Below, piece after piece: positions 20,298-31,176 of a stretch of DNA of 64,000 nucleotides. The DNA is from an uncultured Chloroflexia bacterium (GTDB lineage: Bacteria > Chloroflexota > Dehalococcoidia > UBA2979). Location of the stretch: positions 1-64,000 of the forward strand of contig CAVSIV010000006.1 in assembly GCA_963728205.1 (NCBI GenBank), read 5' to 3'. Position numbers and translations under genes: made by a program. The first letter of the stretch is position 1; every line of letters begins with the position of its first letter. Under the pieces are notes generated by a model. It was given only the letters and a program-made list of their open reading frames with translations, made no database searches and was not told where the DNA came from.

Positions 20298-21549
20298 CGA
20301 GCATCATCCCCGCCGCCACGGTGTTGTTCGTCACCTCGTCGATGAGGATGAAGCTCCCGGTGCGGCGGTTCCGCGCGTACGGGTCGAACACAAGCGGCGT
20401 CATCGTCCGGATGCCGACCCGCCCGATCTCGTTGACCGCGAGCTGCGAGGCGCCGACCTCGTCCTGCAGCGTGTTCACGTCGAGGCGCGTGTCGATGCGA
20501 TCGACGACCGCGCGCGTCGTGCGCGTCGTGTGCTTGAGCACCAGGCGCGTCCCCGGCGTCAGCGGACGCCCCTCGGCCATCCAGCAGATGGTCGCGGACA
20601 GGTCGCGCGAGACGTACGGCCCGCGGCCGACGCCCACGATCATGTCGCCGCGCGAGGCGTCGACGTCGTCCGCGAGCCGCAGCGTGACCGCCATCGGCGG
20701 AGCGGCCAGCGACTGGGGGCCGTCGTAGGTGTCGACTGCGGCGATGCGCGTGGTGACGCCGGACGGCAGCACGCGCACGGGGTCGCCCGGCCGGAAGATG
20801 CCGCCGGCGACCGTGCCGGCGCAACCGCGGTAGTCGCTCCCGTCTTCGCGCTGCGGGCGGATCACGTACTGCACCGGGAAGCGCGCGTCGTCCAGGTTCT
20901 CGTCGAGCCCCGGCGCGACCTCCTCCAGGGATGAGAGCAGCGGCTCGCCGTCGTACCAGGGCATGCGCTCCGAGCGCGTGACCACGTTGTCGCCGAGCAG
21001 CGCGGAGATCGGGATGAACGTCGCGCGCGGACCGCGCAGCCGGTCGACGAACGTCGAGAACTCGTCGCGGATCGACTCGAACACGTCCTGGTCGAAGCCG
21101 ACGAGGTCCATCTTGTTCACGCAGATCACGAGGTGCGGGATGCCGAGCAGCGCGGCGATCGTCGCGTGGCGGCGCGACTGCTCGAGCGGCCCGTGGCGCG
21201 CGTCGACGAGGATCAGCGCGAGGTGCGCGGTCGAGGCGCCCGTCACCATGTTGCGGGTGTACTGGACGTGCCCCGGGGTGTCGGCGATCACGAACTTGCG
21301 GCGCGCGGTCGCGAAGTAGCGATAGGCGACGTCGATGGTGATGTGCTGCTCGCGCTCCGCGCGCAGGCCGTCGGTCACGAGCGCCAGGTTCACGAACTGG
21401 TCGCCGCGCGCGAGGCTCGAGCGCTCGACCGCCTCCCAGGTGTCCTGCAGCAGCGTCTTTGAGTCGTAGAGCAGGCGGCCGATCAGCGTGCTCTTGCCGT
21501 CGTCGACCGAGCCGATGGTGACCAGTCGCAGCAGGTCCGTGTCATCCAT
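20284..21549 (-). CDS. cysN: Sulfate adenylyltransferase subunit 1
   Basis: GSVDDGKSTLIGRLL, ITIDVAYRYF, DTPGH, NKMD. Confidence 0.95.
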   Translation of the reverse strand: MDDTDLLRLVTIGSVDDGKSTLIGRLLYDSKTLLQDTWEAVERSSLARGDQFVNLALVTDGLRAEREQHITIDVAYRYFATARRKFVIADTPGHVQYTRNMVTGASTAHLALILVDARHGPLEQSRRHATIAALLGIPHLVICVNKMDLVGFDQDVFESIRDEFSTFVDRLRGPRATFIPISALLGDNVVTRSERMPWYDGEPLLSSLEEVAPGLDENLDDARFPVQYVIRPQREDGSDYRGCAGTVAGGIFRPGDPVRVLPSGVTTRIAAVDTYDGPQSLAAPPMAVTLRLADDVDASRGDMIVGVGRGPYVSRDLSATICWMAEGRPLTPGTRLVLKHTTRTTRAVVDRIDTRLDVNTLQDEVGASQLAVNEIGRVGIRTMTPLVFDPYARNRRTGSFILIDEVTNNTVAAGMMLDVCE

Positions 21550-22478
21550 CAGAAGTAGCCCTCTCGCTTGCGGTCCTCCATGGCGGCCTCGGAGAAGCGG
21601 TCGTCGGCGCGGGTCTGCCCGCGCTCGGAGATCCGGGTGACGGCGATCTCGGCGATCACCTGTTCGGGCGTCATCGCCTCCGACTCGACGGCGGCGGTGC
21701 ACGTCATGTCGCCGACGGTGCGGAAGCGCACGCTCGTCTCGAAGGGCTCCTCGCCGGGAAGGCGCGCGAGATAGGGGCTGTCGGCCATCAGCATGCCGTC
21801 GCGCAGGAACACGCGGCGCCGGTGCCCGAAGTAGATCGTCGGCAGCGCGATGCCCTCGCGCGCGACGTACTGCCAGACGTCGAGCTCCGTCCAGTTCGAG
21901 AGCGGGAAGACGCGGATGTGCTCGCCGGGGCGCCGGCGGCCGTTGTAGAGGTTCCACAGCTCGGGCCGCTGGTTGCGCGGATCCCACTGCCCGAACTCGT
22001 CGCGGAAGGAGAACACGCGCTCCTTCGCGCGCGCCTTCTCCTCGTCGCGCCGCGCGCCGCCGAACACGGCGTCGAAGCGATGCTCCGCGATCGTGTCGAG
22101 CAGCACCTGCGTCTGCAGCCGGTTGCGCGACGCCCGCGGGCCGGTCTCGTCGACCGCGCGTCCCTCGTCGATGGCCTGCTGCACCGAGCCCACGACGAGC
22201 CGGACGCCCAGCTCCGCCGCGCGCCGGTCTCGGAACTCGAGGGCCTCCGGGAAGTTGTGTCCCGTGTCGATGTGCACGACCGGGAACGGCACGGGCGCCG
22301 GCCAGAACGCCTTCACCGCGAGGTGCAGCATGACCGCGGAGTCCTTGCCGCCGGAGAACAGCACCGCCGGGCGCTCGAAGTCGGCCGCGACCTCGCGAAT
22401 GATGTGAATCGACTCCGCCTCGAGCGCGCTGATGTGCGAGAGCACGGGCGCACAGGCCTGTGGTGCGCGAGCAGTCAT
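21549..22478 (-). CDS. cysD: Sulfate adenylyltransferase subunit 2
   Basis: LEAESIHIIREV, FSGGKDS, GGARRDEEKARAKER, MEDRKREGYF. Confidence 0.97.
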   Translation of the reverse strand: MTARAPQACAPVLSHISALEAESIHIIREVAADFERPAVLFSGGKDSAVMLHLAVKAFWPAPVPFPVVHIDTGHNFPEALEFRDRRAAELGVRLVVGSVQQAIDEGRAVDETGPRASRNRLQTQVLLDTIAEHRFDAVFGGARRDEEKARAKERVFSFRDEFGQWDPRNQRPELWNLYNGRRRPGEHIRVFPLSNWTELDVWQYVAREGIALPTIYFGHRRRVFLRDGMLMADSPYLARLPGEEPFETSVRFRTVGDMTCTAAVESEAMTPEQVIAEIAVTRISERGQTRADDRFSEAAMEDRKREGYF

Positions 22479-23042
22479 CCTCGCCCCCGTCCGTCGGCGC
22501 ATCGCGGCATGGAGAGAGCCGTCGACCCTGCCGGCCGACCACGCGGGGCACACGACCCGCGTCGGCCGGCCGGCATGGTCGTCTGCTCGTGCGGGTCGAG
22601 GGAACGGGCGAGGCGGAGCTCGTCCAGGCACATCCGGCCCCGATGAGTCGCCACCGCCGGGCATGCTCTGACCGTTTGCCGTTGCGGGTAGAGGCTGCCC
22701 GAATGTCCCATTGCCGTCTCCTTGACCATCGCGCGCGTCGCCCCCGGGCCATGCGAAGGCCCGGCTGACTGGTGCATGGATACCGAAGGGTTGTTGAACG
22801 ACGGTTGAGCGCTGCTGGGGAGACCGCCGCCGGAGCCGCCGCTCTCGATGCGCAACGAGCCCCACCCCGGACGGGAACCCTCGCGGCCGCGGGCCCCCCG
22901 CGATCGCCGTCGCGCGCCCGCCGGCGCGGTGCCGGCACGGTCGCTCCACCGGCCCTCCACGACCGTTGCCTATTCCATCCCACACGGCGGCATGGCGATG
23001 GCCGGCGCGCGCGAAGGCGGCCGGCAAGAACCGGGGTGGCCG

Positions 23043-23348
23043 GTGAGCGACGCGACGCCCGAGCGCTGCCCCCGGCACTGCGCGATCGCCCCGCACGTCG
23101 CCGCACAACGAATCGGGGACGAGACCATCCTGCTGAACCTGGACTCCGGTGTGTACTACTCGCTCAACGCGGTCGCTTCGACGATCTGGCGCCACCTCGA
23201 GCACGGCCTCGGCCGCGACGAGATCACGCGAGCGCTCACCGACGAGTACCAGGTGGGCTCGACACGCGCGGCCCTCGACGCGGAGGCGTTCATGCGCGAT
23301 GCGCTGGACTGCGCGCTGCTCGTGCCTCGACCGGAGCCCGCGCCGTGA
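23043..23348 (+). CDS. PqqD-family RiPP recognition element
   Basis: DETILLNLDSGVYYSLNAVASTIW...EYQV; start uncertain (GTG 23043). Confidence 0.85.
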   Translation: MSDATPERCPRHCAIAPHVAAQRIGDETILLNLDSGVYYSLNAVASTIWRHLEHGLGRDEITRALTDEYQVGSTRAALDAEAFMRDALDCALLVPRPEPAP

Positions 23349-23580
23349 GGCGGCCGCCCGATGTCGCTTCGGCAGCCGCGGTGTGGCCGGCCCGGTCGCG
23401 GTGCGTCACGGAGACGGGTGGCCGCGCCTGCGCGACGCGGGCGCGTCGCGCTCGACGTCGTCGCACGTGTGACGACGGGGGAGGCGTGAGCGCACGCGGC
23501 CACCCGTCGCCGATCCGGCCGGGACCGTCCAGCAAGGTGCGTCGCGACCGGCGGCGCATCGACATCGACCGGGGGACACG

Positions 23581-24708
23581 ATGAGCTCACCGACGGCGCA
23601 GTGGTTGCGGCGCGCAGTCGCCGGCGAACGGCCGCAGTGCGCGCCCGGACTGATCGAGGACCTGCCCGGCCTCGACGCGATCGCGCTGGCGCGGCTCGCG
23701 ATGGAGCACGGCGTCGCGCCCTGGGCGCTCGCCGCGCTGGACGGTCGCGGCGACGCGGAGCGGCTGGCGCCGCTGCGCGCGCTGGCCGTCGCCGACACCG
23801 CCCGCAGCATGGGCGCGCTGCGCGCCATGCACGAAGTCGTGCCTCAGCTGCGCGCACGCGGGATCGACGCGATCGTGCTGAAGGGCCCGCACATCGCGTA
23901 CGGGATCTACCCGGCGCCGCAGCTGCGTCCATACCGCGACCTCGACCTCCTGCTGCACGCGTGCGACCTCGAACGGGCCGGCGCGATGCTCGAGGCGGAC
24001 GGCTACCACGCGACGGGCGAGCACGCCGGACACGGCCACGGCCACGAGGGGCACGCCGAGGGCGAGCGCGGGTTCTTCCACCGCGAGCGGCTGTCGCGCG
24101 TCGAGCTGCACGGCGACCACCTGCAGCTCGGCCTGGCCCCGGCCAGCGCCGACGATCTGTGGTCGCGCGCGACCGAGATCCGGGTCGGCGGGGAGCGCGT
24201 GCCCGTGCTCGACGAGCACGACCTGTTCGTGCACCTGTGCGTCCACCTGCACCGCCACGGCTTCTCGCGCCTGATCTGGTTCAAGGACCTCGAGCTCCTC
24301 GCCACCTCCGGGCGGCTGGACTGGACACGGGTCGCCGAGCGCGCGGAGTCCGACGGCGTGCTCGGGAGCGTGACGCTGAGCCTGGCGCTGGTCGAGGCGT
24401 TGATCGGCCGCTCGCTCGGGGCCGGTCCGGCCTGGCTGCGCGGCCGTGAGCACATCGGCGACGCGCTGGCTCGGCGGTTCATCTGGCGCCCGGAGTCGGT
24501 GCTGGCGCTCGAGCACCCCGATCGGAACCGGCTGCGCCGCATGATCCAGTTCGCGCCGGAGGAAGGGTTGCTGCGCGGGGCGCTCCCCTCGCTGCTGTTC
24601 GCCGGCCGGCGCGCGTCGAAGCTGCGCGTGCTCCTCGGCGGTCTCGCGCGACGGCAGCCCCGGATCGGCGAGGTCCCGCGGGCGCCCGCCGGCACGGATC
24701 GCACGTGA
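23581..24708 (+). CDS. Nucleotidyltransferase family protein (NTP_transf_5 type, lasso-cluster associated)
   Basis: IVLKG...Y.....R...DLDLL, VELH, H..RHGF.RLIWF.DL. Confidence 0.85.
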   Translation: MSSPTAQWLRRAVAGERPQCAPGLIEDLPGLDAIALARLAMEHGVAPWALAALDGRGDAERLAPLRALAVADTARSMGALRAMHEVVPQLRARGIDAIVLKGPHIAYGIYPAPQLRPYRDLDLLLHACDLERAGAMLEADGYHATGEHAGHGHGHEGHAEGERGFFHRERLSRVELHGDHLQLGLAPASADDLWSRATEIRVGGERVPVLDEHDLFVHLCVHLHRHGFSRLIWFKDLELLATSGRLDWTRVAERAESDGVLGSVTLSLALVEALIGRSLGAGPAWLRGREHIGDALARRFIWRPESVLALEHPDRNRLRRMIQFAPEEGLLRGALPSLLFAGRRASKLRVLLGGLARRQPRIGEVPRAPAGTDRT

Positions 24709-25325
24709 CGCCGGCCGCCAACGCGCCGCCGGCGCTCGCGCTGGGCGCGGGTGCGTCCGTCCTCTGCTTCGCCGTCGCCCTGCTCGTGCTGCACATCGCG
24801 CGACGCGACCTCGCGCCCGCGTCGCACTACGTCAGCGAGTACGCGCGCGGCCGGCTCGGCTGGCTGCTGACGTCGTCCTTCCTCGTCCTCGGCACGGGGT
24901 CACTGCTCCTCTGCGCCGCGCTGCTCGACGCGCGCCGCCCCGGACCCGCGGCCGCGATCGTCGCGCCGCCGCTGGCGGCATGGGGAATCGCCATCGCCGG
25001 CGCCGGCGTCTTTCGGACGCAGCCCCGAGGGGCGCCGCGCGACCGGTCCGCGATCGCGCATCAGCGCGCGGCGGGGGTCGCGTTCGGCGCGATCCTGCTC
25101 GCCATGTGGATGCTCGTCGTCGCGGCGCGCGCCGACGCGTGGGGGGCGCTGCGCTGGCCCGCGCTCGTCGCCGCCGTCGCGGCCACGACGAGCTACCTCG
25201 CGCTGCGTCGCGCCGCCGGGTCCGCGCCGAACCGCGCGGGCGCGGCGCAGCGACTGTACCTGGCGTGCGTCGTCGGCTGGCTGCTGCTGCTTGCCGGTCA
25301 CGCGTGGATCGGGGCCACCGGCTGA
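24705..25325 (+). CDS. DUF998-like membrane protein
   Basis: YVSEYA motif, AGVF, AH, QRL; several TM segments. Confidence 0.75.
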   Translation: MTPAANAPPALALGAGASVLCFAVALLVLHIARRDLAPASHYVSEYARGRLGWLLTSSFLVLGTGSLLLCAALLDARRPGPAAAIVAPPLAAWGIAIAGAGVFRTQPRGAPRDRSAIAHQRAAGVAFGAILLAMWMLVVAARADAWGALRWPALVAAVAATTSYLALRRAAGSAPNRAGAAQRLYLACVVGWLLLLAGHAWIGATG

Positions 25326-25366
25326 TGCCGGGGCGTGGCGCGGTGCGCCGTCTCGCCGTGCGCTCG

Positions 25367-25951
25367 CTACGGCGCCGGCTGCTCCGCGGTCGGACCGGCT
25401 GCGTGGCCGATCGAGTGCGCCGGGACCCCGACCACGGTGTCCCCCGGAGCGACGTCGTGCATCACCACCGCGTTGGCGCCCACCGTCGCGCCGGCGCCGA
25501 CGGTCACCGGGCCGAGCACGCGGCAGCCTGCGGCGAGCGTGACGCCCGACCCGATGCGTGGGAACTGCGGCTCGACGCGCAGCCCGACCGTGATCCCGCC
25601 CTGCAGTGTGACGTCGCTGCCGATCGAGACCGCGTTGACCACCGACCCCACGGTGTGCGGCATGTAGAGACCGGGGCCGATCGGCACGGACGGCGGCAGC
25701 TCGAGCGCATGCAGCGTGACGTTCAACTGGGCGCAGAGCGTCGGCAGTCCCGCGATGCCCCGCACCGACGCCCAGTGCCCGATGCGATGCAACAGCGTCG
25801 CGCGGACGCCGGGGTAGCGCGCGAGCAGCAGTGCCACCCCCAGCGGGCCGACGCCGCGCGTGGCGAACCCGTGACGTTCCCACTGCGCGAGGTCGGCGCG
25901 GAACGGTTCGAGCACGAGCGTCCCGAACCCACGCCATCTCGGGCGATCCAT
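25367..25951 (-). CDS. Serine O-acetyltransferase-like acyltransferase (EPS-associated)
   Basis: IGPGLYMPH, P.IG..V, GANAVV.HDV, VGVPA. Confidence 0.85.
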   Translation of the reverse strand: MDRPRWRGFGTLVLEPFRADLAQWERHGFATRGVGPLGVALLLARYPGVRATLLHRIGHWASVRGIAGLPTLCAQLNVTLHALELPPSVPIGPGLYMPHTVGSVVNAVSIGSDVTLQGGITVGLRVEPQFPRIGSGVTLAAGCRVLGPVTVGAGATVGANAVVMHDVAPGDTVVGVPAHSIGHAAGPTAEQPAP

Positions 25952-26232
25952 GCGACGCACTCCCCGGGGCGCTGTACGCGGTCGGCCCGCACCGGGAGCG
26001 GCTCGCGGATGAGCCGCCGGCGACCGACGTCGTGCGAGCAGCATAGCGTGCCGGCGCCGCGCGGCTCCCGGCGGCGCCGGCCGCGGCCGCGGCCGCCGCG
26101 GCTCGTCGAGCGAATGTGTACCTCCCAACCTGCGGTCAACCAGCGCGCCACCGTTCCGCGAGACGGTAGCCGGGCCACGCGAAACGCCGCCCGCTCCGGG
26201 CGGCGGCCATGCCGGCGCGTCCGCGAGACCCC

Positions 26233-27966
26233 ATGATCCGATCACTGCGCTCCCGCCGCACGCGCGACCGGTCCGGCGAAGACGCGGCCCGCGACGCGCC
26301 GCGCGACGACTTCGCCGCACGCGACGATGCCATGGAGCGCCGCGCAGGCGCCGCCGGCGCCGTCACCGCGGTGGACGATTCCCCCCCTGCGTCGGACGAG
26401 CGCGAGCACGCGCGCTCGGTCGTCCGCACGCTGACGGCGCTCGTGTCGATGCGGGCCGCCACCTGGTTGACCGCGACCGGGAGCATGCTGATCGTCCCGC
26501 GCTTCCTCGGCGCGCACGACTTCGGACTGCTCGCGATCGCGCTCGCGTTCAACGACTACGCCCTCGCCGTCACGATGTTCGGCGCGCGCCGCCTGGTCGT
26601 ACGCGACGTGGCGCGCACGCCGGAGGCCACGTGGTCGATCCTCGTCCACGCCGTCGTGGGGCGGCTCGCCACCTGGGTGGTACTGACCGCGGTGATCGCC
26701 CCCGGCATCCTCCTGATGCCGCACGTGCTCGAAGCGCGCAACGTGCTGTTGCTCTTCCTGGCAGGCGTCGGCATCCAGGCGGTGGGGGCGGTCGCGATCG
26801 CCGCGCTGCAGGGGCGCCATCACCTGGGCGGCGCCGCTGCCTTCACGACGGTCGTCCAGACGGTGTCGCAGGTCGGTGTTGTCGTCGTGGTGCTGCTGGG
26901 CACGGGCCTGCTCGCGGTCGCCGGCGTGATGGTGACCGCGGCCGCGCTGAGCGCCGTCGGCGGGATATGGATCGCGTGGCGCTTCGCGCGGCAGCCACTG
27001 CGGTGGGACTCCCGCCTCGCGAAACAGCTGATGCGGGGTGGGGTGCCCTTCCTGCTCGCGGACCTCGCGCAGCTCGTCTACGGTCAGGTCGACGTCCTGA
27101 TGCTCGCGGTGATGGCGACCGCGACGGACGTCGGGAACTACGCGCTTGCCTGGCGCCTGACGGCGATCCCGCTGTTCCTGCCCGTGGCCCTGCGCGGAGC
27201 GCTGCTGCCGACCCTGTCGGTCACCGCGCTCTCGGACGTCGCGTACTTCCGGCGCTTGCTGCGGATGTCGCTGCGCGTGCTGCTCGCCGTGACGGTGCCC
27301 ATCAGCTTCGGGATCGCTGCCCTCGCGCCGGAGGCGGTGCAGCTCATCTCCGGCGGCGGCTTCACCGCCGCCGTGCCCTCCACGCTGCTGCTGTCGGTCG
27401 GGATGCCGCTCGTCGCCGTCGACACGGTGCTGGGCGGCGCGCTGATCGCGAGCGACCAGGAGCGGCGCTGGGCGATCGTCGGCTGGGGGTCCGCGGCGCT
27501 GAACCCGCTGATGAACCTCGTGGCGATCCCCGTCGCGGCGCGTACGCTCGGTGATGCGGCCGTCGGCGCCGCGGCGACAACCCTGCTCACGGAGCTCTTC
27601 ATGACGGTCTGGGCATGGCGCCTCCTCAACGGGTCGGCGGATCTCCGGGCGGCGTCGGCGGACGCGCTCCGCGCGATCGTCGCCGGGGCGGTGATGGTCG
27701 TCGCCGTGCTGCTGCTGAAGCAGCGGCTCGGCACGTTCGGGGTGATCCCCGTGGGCGCGGCCGTCTACCTGGTCGGCGCGATGCTCACGCGGCTCGTCAC
27801 GGTATCGGACGTGCGGCTGATCCGACGCCTGATGGCCGGCGCACGCCCACCGATCGACGGCGCCCGCGCGGACGCGCACCGAATCGTGTCCGCCGACCTG
27901 GGCACACTCCTCGTGGCCCGCGACCCCGCCCCTCGCCCGACACCGATCGCCGACGACGACGGATAG
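26233..27966 (+). CDS. wzx: Wzx-type polysaccharide flippase
   Basis: PRFLG...FG, D.LML......VG.Y..A, GAAAAT..TE; many TM segments; start uncertain. Confidence 0.88.
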   Translation: MIRSLRSRRTRDRSGEDAARDAPRDDFAARDDAMERRAGAAGAVTAVDDSPPASDEREHARSVVRTLTALVSMRAATWLTATGSMLIVPRFLGAHDFGLLAIALAFNDYALAVTMFGARRLVVRDVARTPEATWSILVHAVVGRLATWVVLTAVIAPGILLMPHVLEARNVLLLFLAGVGIQAVGAVAIAALQGRHHLGGAAAFTTVVQTVSQVGVVVVVLLGTGLLAVAGVMVTAAALSAVGGIWIAWRFARQPLRWDSRLAKQLMRGGVPFLLADLAQLVYGQVDVLMLAVMATATDVGNYALAWRLTAIPLFLPVALRGALLPTLSVTALSDVAYFRRLLRMSLRVLLAVTVPISFGIAALAPEAVQLISGGGFTAAVPSTLLLSVGMPLVAVDTVLGGALIASDQERRWAIVGWGSAALNPLMNLVAIPVAARTLGDAAVGAAATTLLTELFMTVWAWRLLNGSADLRAASADALRAIVAGAVMVVAVLLLKQRLGTFGVIPVGAAVYLVGAMLTRLVTVSDVRLIRRLMAGARPPIDGARADAHRIVSADLGTLLVARDPAPRPTPIADDDG

Positions 27967-27981
27967 CGCGCCCGAGGCGCG

Positions 27982-29181
27982 ATGGAAGGTGGCGCAGAGC
28001 GCATGCGACGAATCACGGCAAGCGCACCAAACAGGCCCCTGACCGCGCTGATCGCAGGCATCGCCATCGTCGCGACCGTCCTGCTCGGCGCGGGCGCACT
28101 ACGCATGTCGCACCGGGGCACCGACGCCCGGCTCGCGGCGACGACGGCGACACTCACCCCGCAGACCGCGCCCGCGCAGGTGACGACCTCGGCCGCCGGG
28201 CCCGCGCCCACCGTGTCGCCTGCGTCGCGGACGACGCCGGCGCCGGCTGCGACGTCTGCCCCGGCCGGTGGAGGATCTGCCTCCGCCGGGCTGACGTGGC
28301 TCGGCCACACGTTCGACGCCGGCGTCAACGTGCCGTGGGTCCAGTGGGGCTGCGACTTCGGCTGCACGACCAAGGGCGGCGCGAGCCGCGCCGACCGCAC
28401 GGCGCAACTCTCGAGCGCGTTCGCGACAGTGAACGCGGCCGGCGTCCACGTCGTCCGCTGGTGGATGTTCGAGGGCGATCCCTGGCAGATCGAGGTGGCG
28501 GCGGACGGCACGCCCACGGGCATCGACCCGGATGTCTACGCGGACATCGACGCGGCGCTCGCCCTCGCCCGCCAGTACGACCTCTACTTCGACTTCGTGC
28601 TCTTCTCGGCACCCGACGCCGTCCCGCAGAGCTGGTTCACCAGCACGACCCAGCGCACCGCCCTCGCGAACGCCCTCGGCCAGCTGTTCGCCCACTACGC
28701 GGACGAGCCACGCATCATGTCCTGGGAGGTCTTCAACGAGCCCGAGTGGGACTACTGGCGACGGGGCTACGCACAGCAACCGATCATCGATCTCACGCGC
28801 GCGGTGGTGCAGTCGATCCACGCCCATTCGCACGCCATGGCCACCGTCGGTTCGGCGATGATCGACGCGCTGCCCGACTGGGTCGGCGTCGGGCTCGACT
28901 ACTACCAGGTCCACTGGTACGACCAGATGGCGTCGGGCACCTGGTGCGCGATCTGCACGGACTACCCGACCCTCGAGAAGAAGTACGGACTGGACGCCCC
29001 GCTGGTGATCGGCGAGTTCTACGCGGGGCCGGACATCGACGCGCTCGCGCGCCTGCAGCAGTTCGCATCGAAGGGCTACGCCGGCGCGTGGGCCTGGTCG
29101 CTCTTCCCCGACCACACCTCCGACAAGATGGCGATCGATCTCCCGGCCTACCGGAAGTTCACGAGCGCGGGAGCGCGGTGA
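27982..29181 (+). CDS. Anchored/secreted GH5-like (clan A) glycoside hydrolase
   Basis: N-terminal TM, P/T/A linker, WEVFNEP (acid/base), VIGEF (nucleophile). Confidence 0.8.
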   Translation: MEGGAERMRRITASAPNRPLTALIAGIAIVATVLLGAGALRMSHRGTDARLAATTATLTPQTAPAQVTTSAAGPAPTVSPASRTTPAPAATSAPAGGGSASAGLTWLGHTFDAGVNVPWVQWGCDFGCTTKGGASRADRTAQLSSAFATVNAAGVHVVRWWMFEGDPWQIEVAADGTPTGIDPDVYADIDAALALARQYDLYFDFVLFSAPDAVPQSWFTSTTQRTALANALGQLFAHYADEPRIMSWEVFNEPEWDYWRRGYAQQPIIDLTRAVVQSIHAHSHAMATVGSAMIDALPDWVGVGLDYYQVHWYDQMASGTWCAICTDYPTLEKKYGLDAPLVIGEFYAGPDIDALARLQQFASKGYAGAWAWSLFPDHTSDKMAIDLPAYRKFTSAGAR

Positions 29182-29346
29182 CGCCGGGCGATGCGCGAGG
29201 CGGGAGCCGTGCGCGGTCTGCACGGCTCCCGCCTCGGCCGCGGCGCCGGAGATCGGCCCGGATGCCCGTCGTCGTCAGCGGCGCGATGGCCCCGCAGTGA
29301 CCGGGGCGGTCGTTTCCGCGTCGCGAGCATCGCGCGGGCGGCGGGA

Positions 29347-30429
29347 CTAGAGGCGGTCGTTCCGTTTCGCGAGCATCGCGTCGAGCGAGCCCTCGAGGAT
29401 CTCTTCGAGCGAGCGACGGGGAACCCAGCCGAGCGCTTCCGCGGCGGGTGTGACGTCCGGGACCAGGCTGATGGGGCCGGGCGTTGCGCGGTCGGGCGGC
29501 GGCGTCCACGTCACCGTCGCCTGCGACCGGACACCGGACCGCAGCGCGTGGAGATCGAACAGGCGCCGGGTCAGCTCGGCGGGGGTGATGGCGTTCGCCG
29601 GGTTGCCGATGTTGTAGAGCTGGCGCTCGGCGTCGCGGGGCGGGTCCAGGGTCACCTGCGCGATGCAGTCGACGGCGTCGTCGACGTGCAGATAGGTGTA
29701 GACGTCCTGCGGGTGGACCGCGAACTCCATCTGCTGCCCGAGGACGATGCCCTGCACGAGCTGTGCGAAGAGCGGCGCCGGGTGCCGCGGGCACCAGCCC
29801 GCCAGCGCGTCGCATCCCGGCCCGACGGCGTTGAAGAGGCGGAGGATCGTGTAGTCCAGGTCGATCGTGGCGCCGGACGTCTGCACCCCGATCTCGAGCA
29901 GACGCTTGCCCGAGGCATAGAGCGAGCAGGCATCCGCGGCGGTCCCGCCCGGGAGCGCCTGTCCGTCGCGCGGCAACCCGGGCGCGGCGGCGGGCACGGG
30001 TTGGGGACCGACGATCGCGCGGGCGGCGGCGACGGATCCCAGCCCGTTATAGACGTCGCCCGATGAGATCTGGACGAGCCGGGTGTTCGCCCGCGCGCAG
30101 GCACGCGCCAGGGCGAGGCTGGCGGGAAGGTCGATGTCGAGGATCGTGTTCGCCTCGTCGCGATGGTGTCGCGCGTCGGCGGTCGCCATGAGGTTGACGG
30201 CTACGTCGGACCGCTCGAGGAGTCGCTGGATCAACTGCTCGTCGGGGGGCAGCTCGCCTGCGTAGTACGTCAGTCGCGGGTGGCTCAGGTACGGGGTGAT
30301 CAGGCGGTAGTCGGTCGCCATCCCGACGATCTCGACGTCCGGGTCCTCCAGCAGGCGTCCGACCAGTCGCGACCCGATGAATCCGGCGCAATCGAGCATG
30401 AAGACGTGCACCTGCCGGCCCTCACTCAT
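29347..30429 (-). CDS. NAD-dependent epimerase/decarboxylase-like (ArnA C-terminal-like), degenerate
   Basis: DCAGFIG, YASGK, LRLFNAVGP, YNIGNP. Confidence 0.75.
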   Translation of the reverse strand: MSEGRQVHVFMLDCAGFIGSRLVGRLLEDPDVEIVGMATDYRLITPYLSHPRLTYYAGELPPDEQLIQRLLERSDVAVNLMATADARHHRDEANTILDIDLPASLALARACARANTRLVQISSGDVYNGLGSVAAARAIVGPQPVPAAAPGLPRDGQALPGGTAADACSLYASGKRLLEIGVQTSGATIDLDYTILRLFNAVGPGCDALAGWCPRHPAPLFAQLVQGIVLGQQMEFAVHPQDVYTYLHVDDAVDCIAQVTLDPPRDAERQLYNIGNPANAITPAELTRRLFDLHALRSGVRSQATVTWTPPPDRATPGPISLVPDVTPAAEALGWVPRRSLEEILEGSLDAMLAKRNDRL

Positions 30430-30497
30430 CACATCAGGGGGTGCGTCCGTCGTCGCCGGCCGCCACGGCGGCGGCGAGCGCGGGCGCACCCCGGCAC

Positions 30498-31166
30498 TCA
30501 GTGGGATCCTCGGGCCAGCACCACGACCGGGATCGTGAGCACAAGGATCAGGAGGTCTCGTTTCAGGGCAATGCGGCTCAGATAGTCGATGTCGAGATCG
30601 ACCATCTCGTCGAAGTCGAAGCGCTCGCGCGCGGACACCTGCCAGAGGCCGGTGATGCCCGGGGTGCCCTCGAGTCGCCGTAGGTGGTGCGCGCTGTATG
30701 CCTTCACTTCCGACGGGAGCGGCGGGCGCGGCCCCACGAAGCTCATGTCCCCGCGGAGCACGTTCCAGAGCTGCGGCAGCTCGTCGAGGCTCGTCTTGCG
30801 CAGGATGCGACCGACGCGGGTTCGGCGCGGATCGTCGCGCATCTTGAAGATGTGCCCGCTGGCCTCATTCCGCGACAGCAGGGCCGCCAGGTCGCGATCG
30901 GCGCCGACGTACATCGAGCGGAACTTCCAGCAGCTGAAGATGCGGCCGCCGCGGCCCACCCGGTCGTGCCGGTAGAACGGATTGCCCGGACTGTCGAGCA
31001 CCACCGCCACGGCGATCAGCACGATCAGCGGCAGCACGGCCAGTCCCACCACCAGGCCGAGCGCGACGTCCAGCGTACGCTTCCAGACAGGCATCGGCAG
31101 CGAAGGGATCTCCGCGGCGACGCGGGCCGAGGGACGCTCGGTGCGCAGGCGAACCTGAAGTTGCAC
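30498..31166 (-). CDS. Priming sugar transferase (Bac_transf)
   Basis: KFRSM, DDPRRTRVG, SLDELPQLWNVLRGDMSFVGPRP, PGITGLWQV. Confidence 0.95.
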   Translation of the reverse strand: MQLQVRLRTERPSARVAAEIPSLPMPVWKRTLDVALGLVVGLAVLPLIVLIAVAVVLDSPGNPFYRHDRVGRGGRIFSCWKFRSMYVGADRDLAALLSRNEASGHIFKMRDDPRRTRVGRILRKTSLDELPQLWNVLRGDMSFVGPRPPLPSEVKAYSAHHLRRLEGTPGITGLWQVSARERFDFDEMVDLDIDYLSRIALKRDLLILVLTIPVVVLARGSH

Positions 31167-31176
31167 TTCCCGCCCC

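Noticed and set aside
22480-23580. Second RiPP precursor near the PqqD/nucleotidyltransferase pair
   Set aside because: No short ORF with a YxxP leader and Thr-2 found by eye; a systematic small-ORF scan would settle it.
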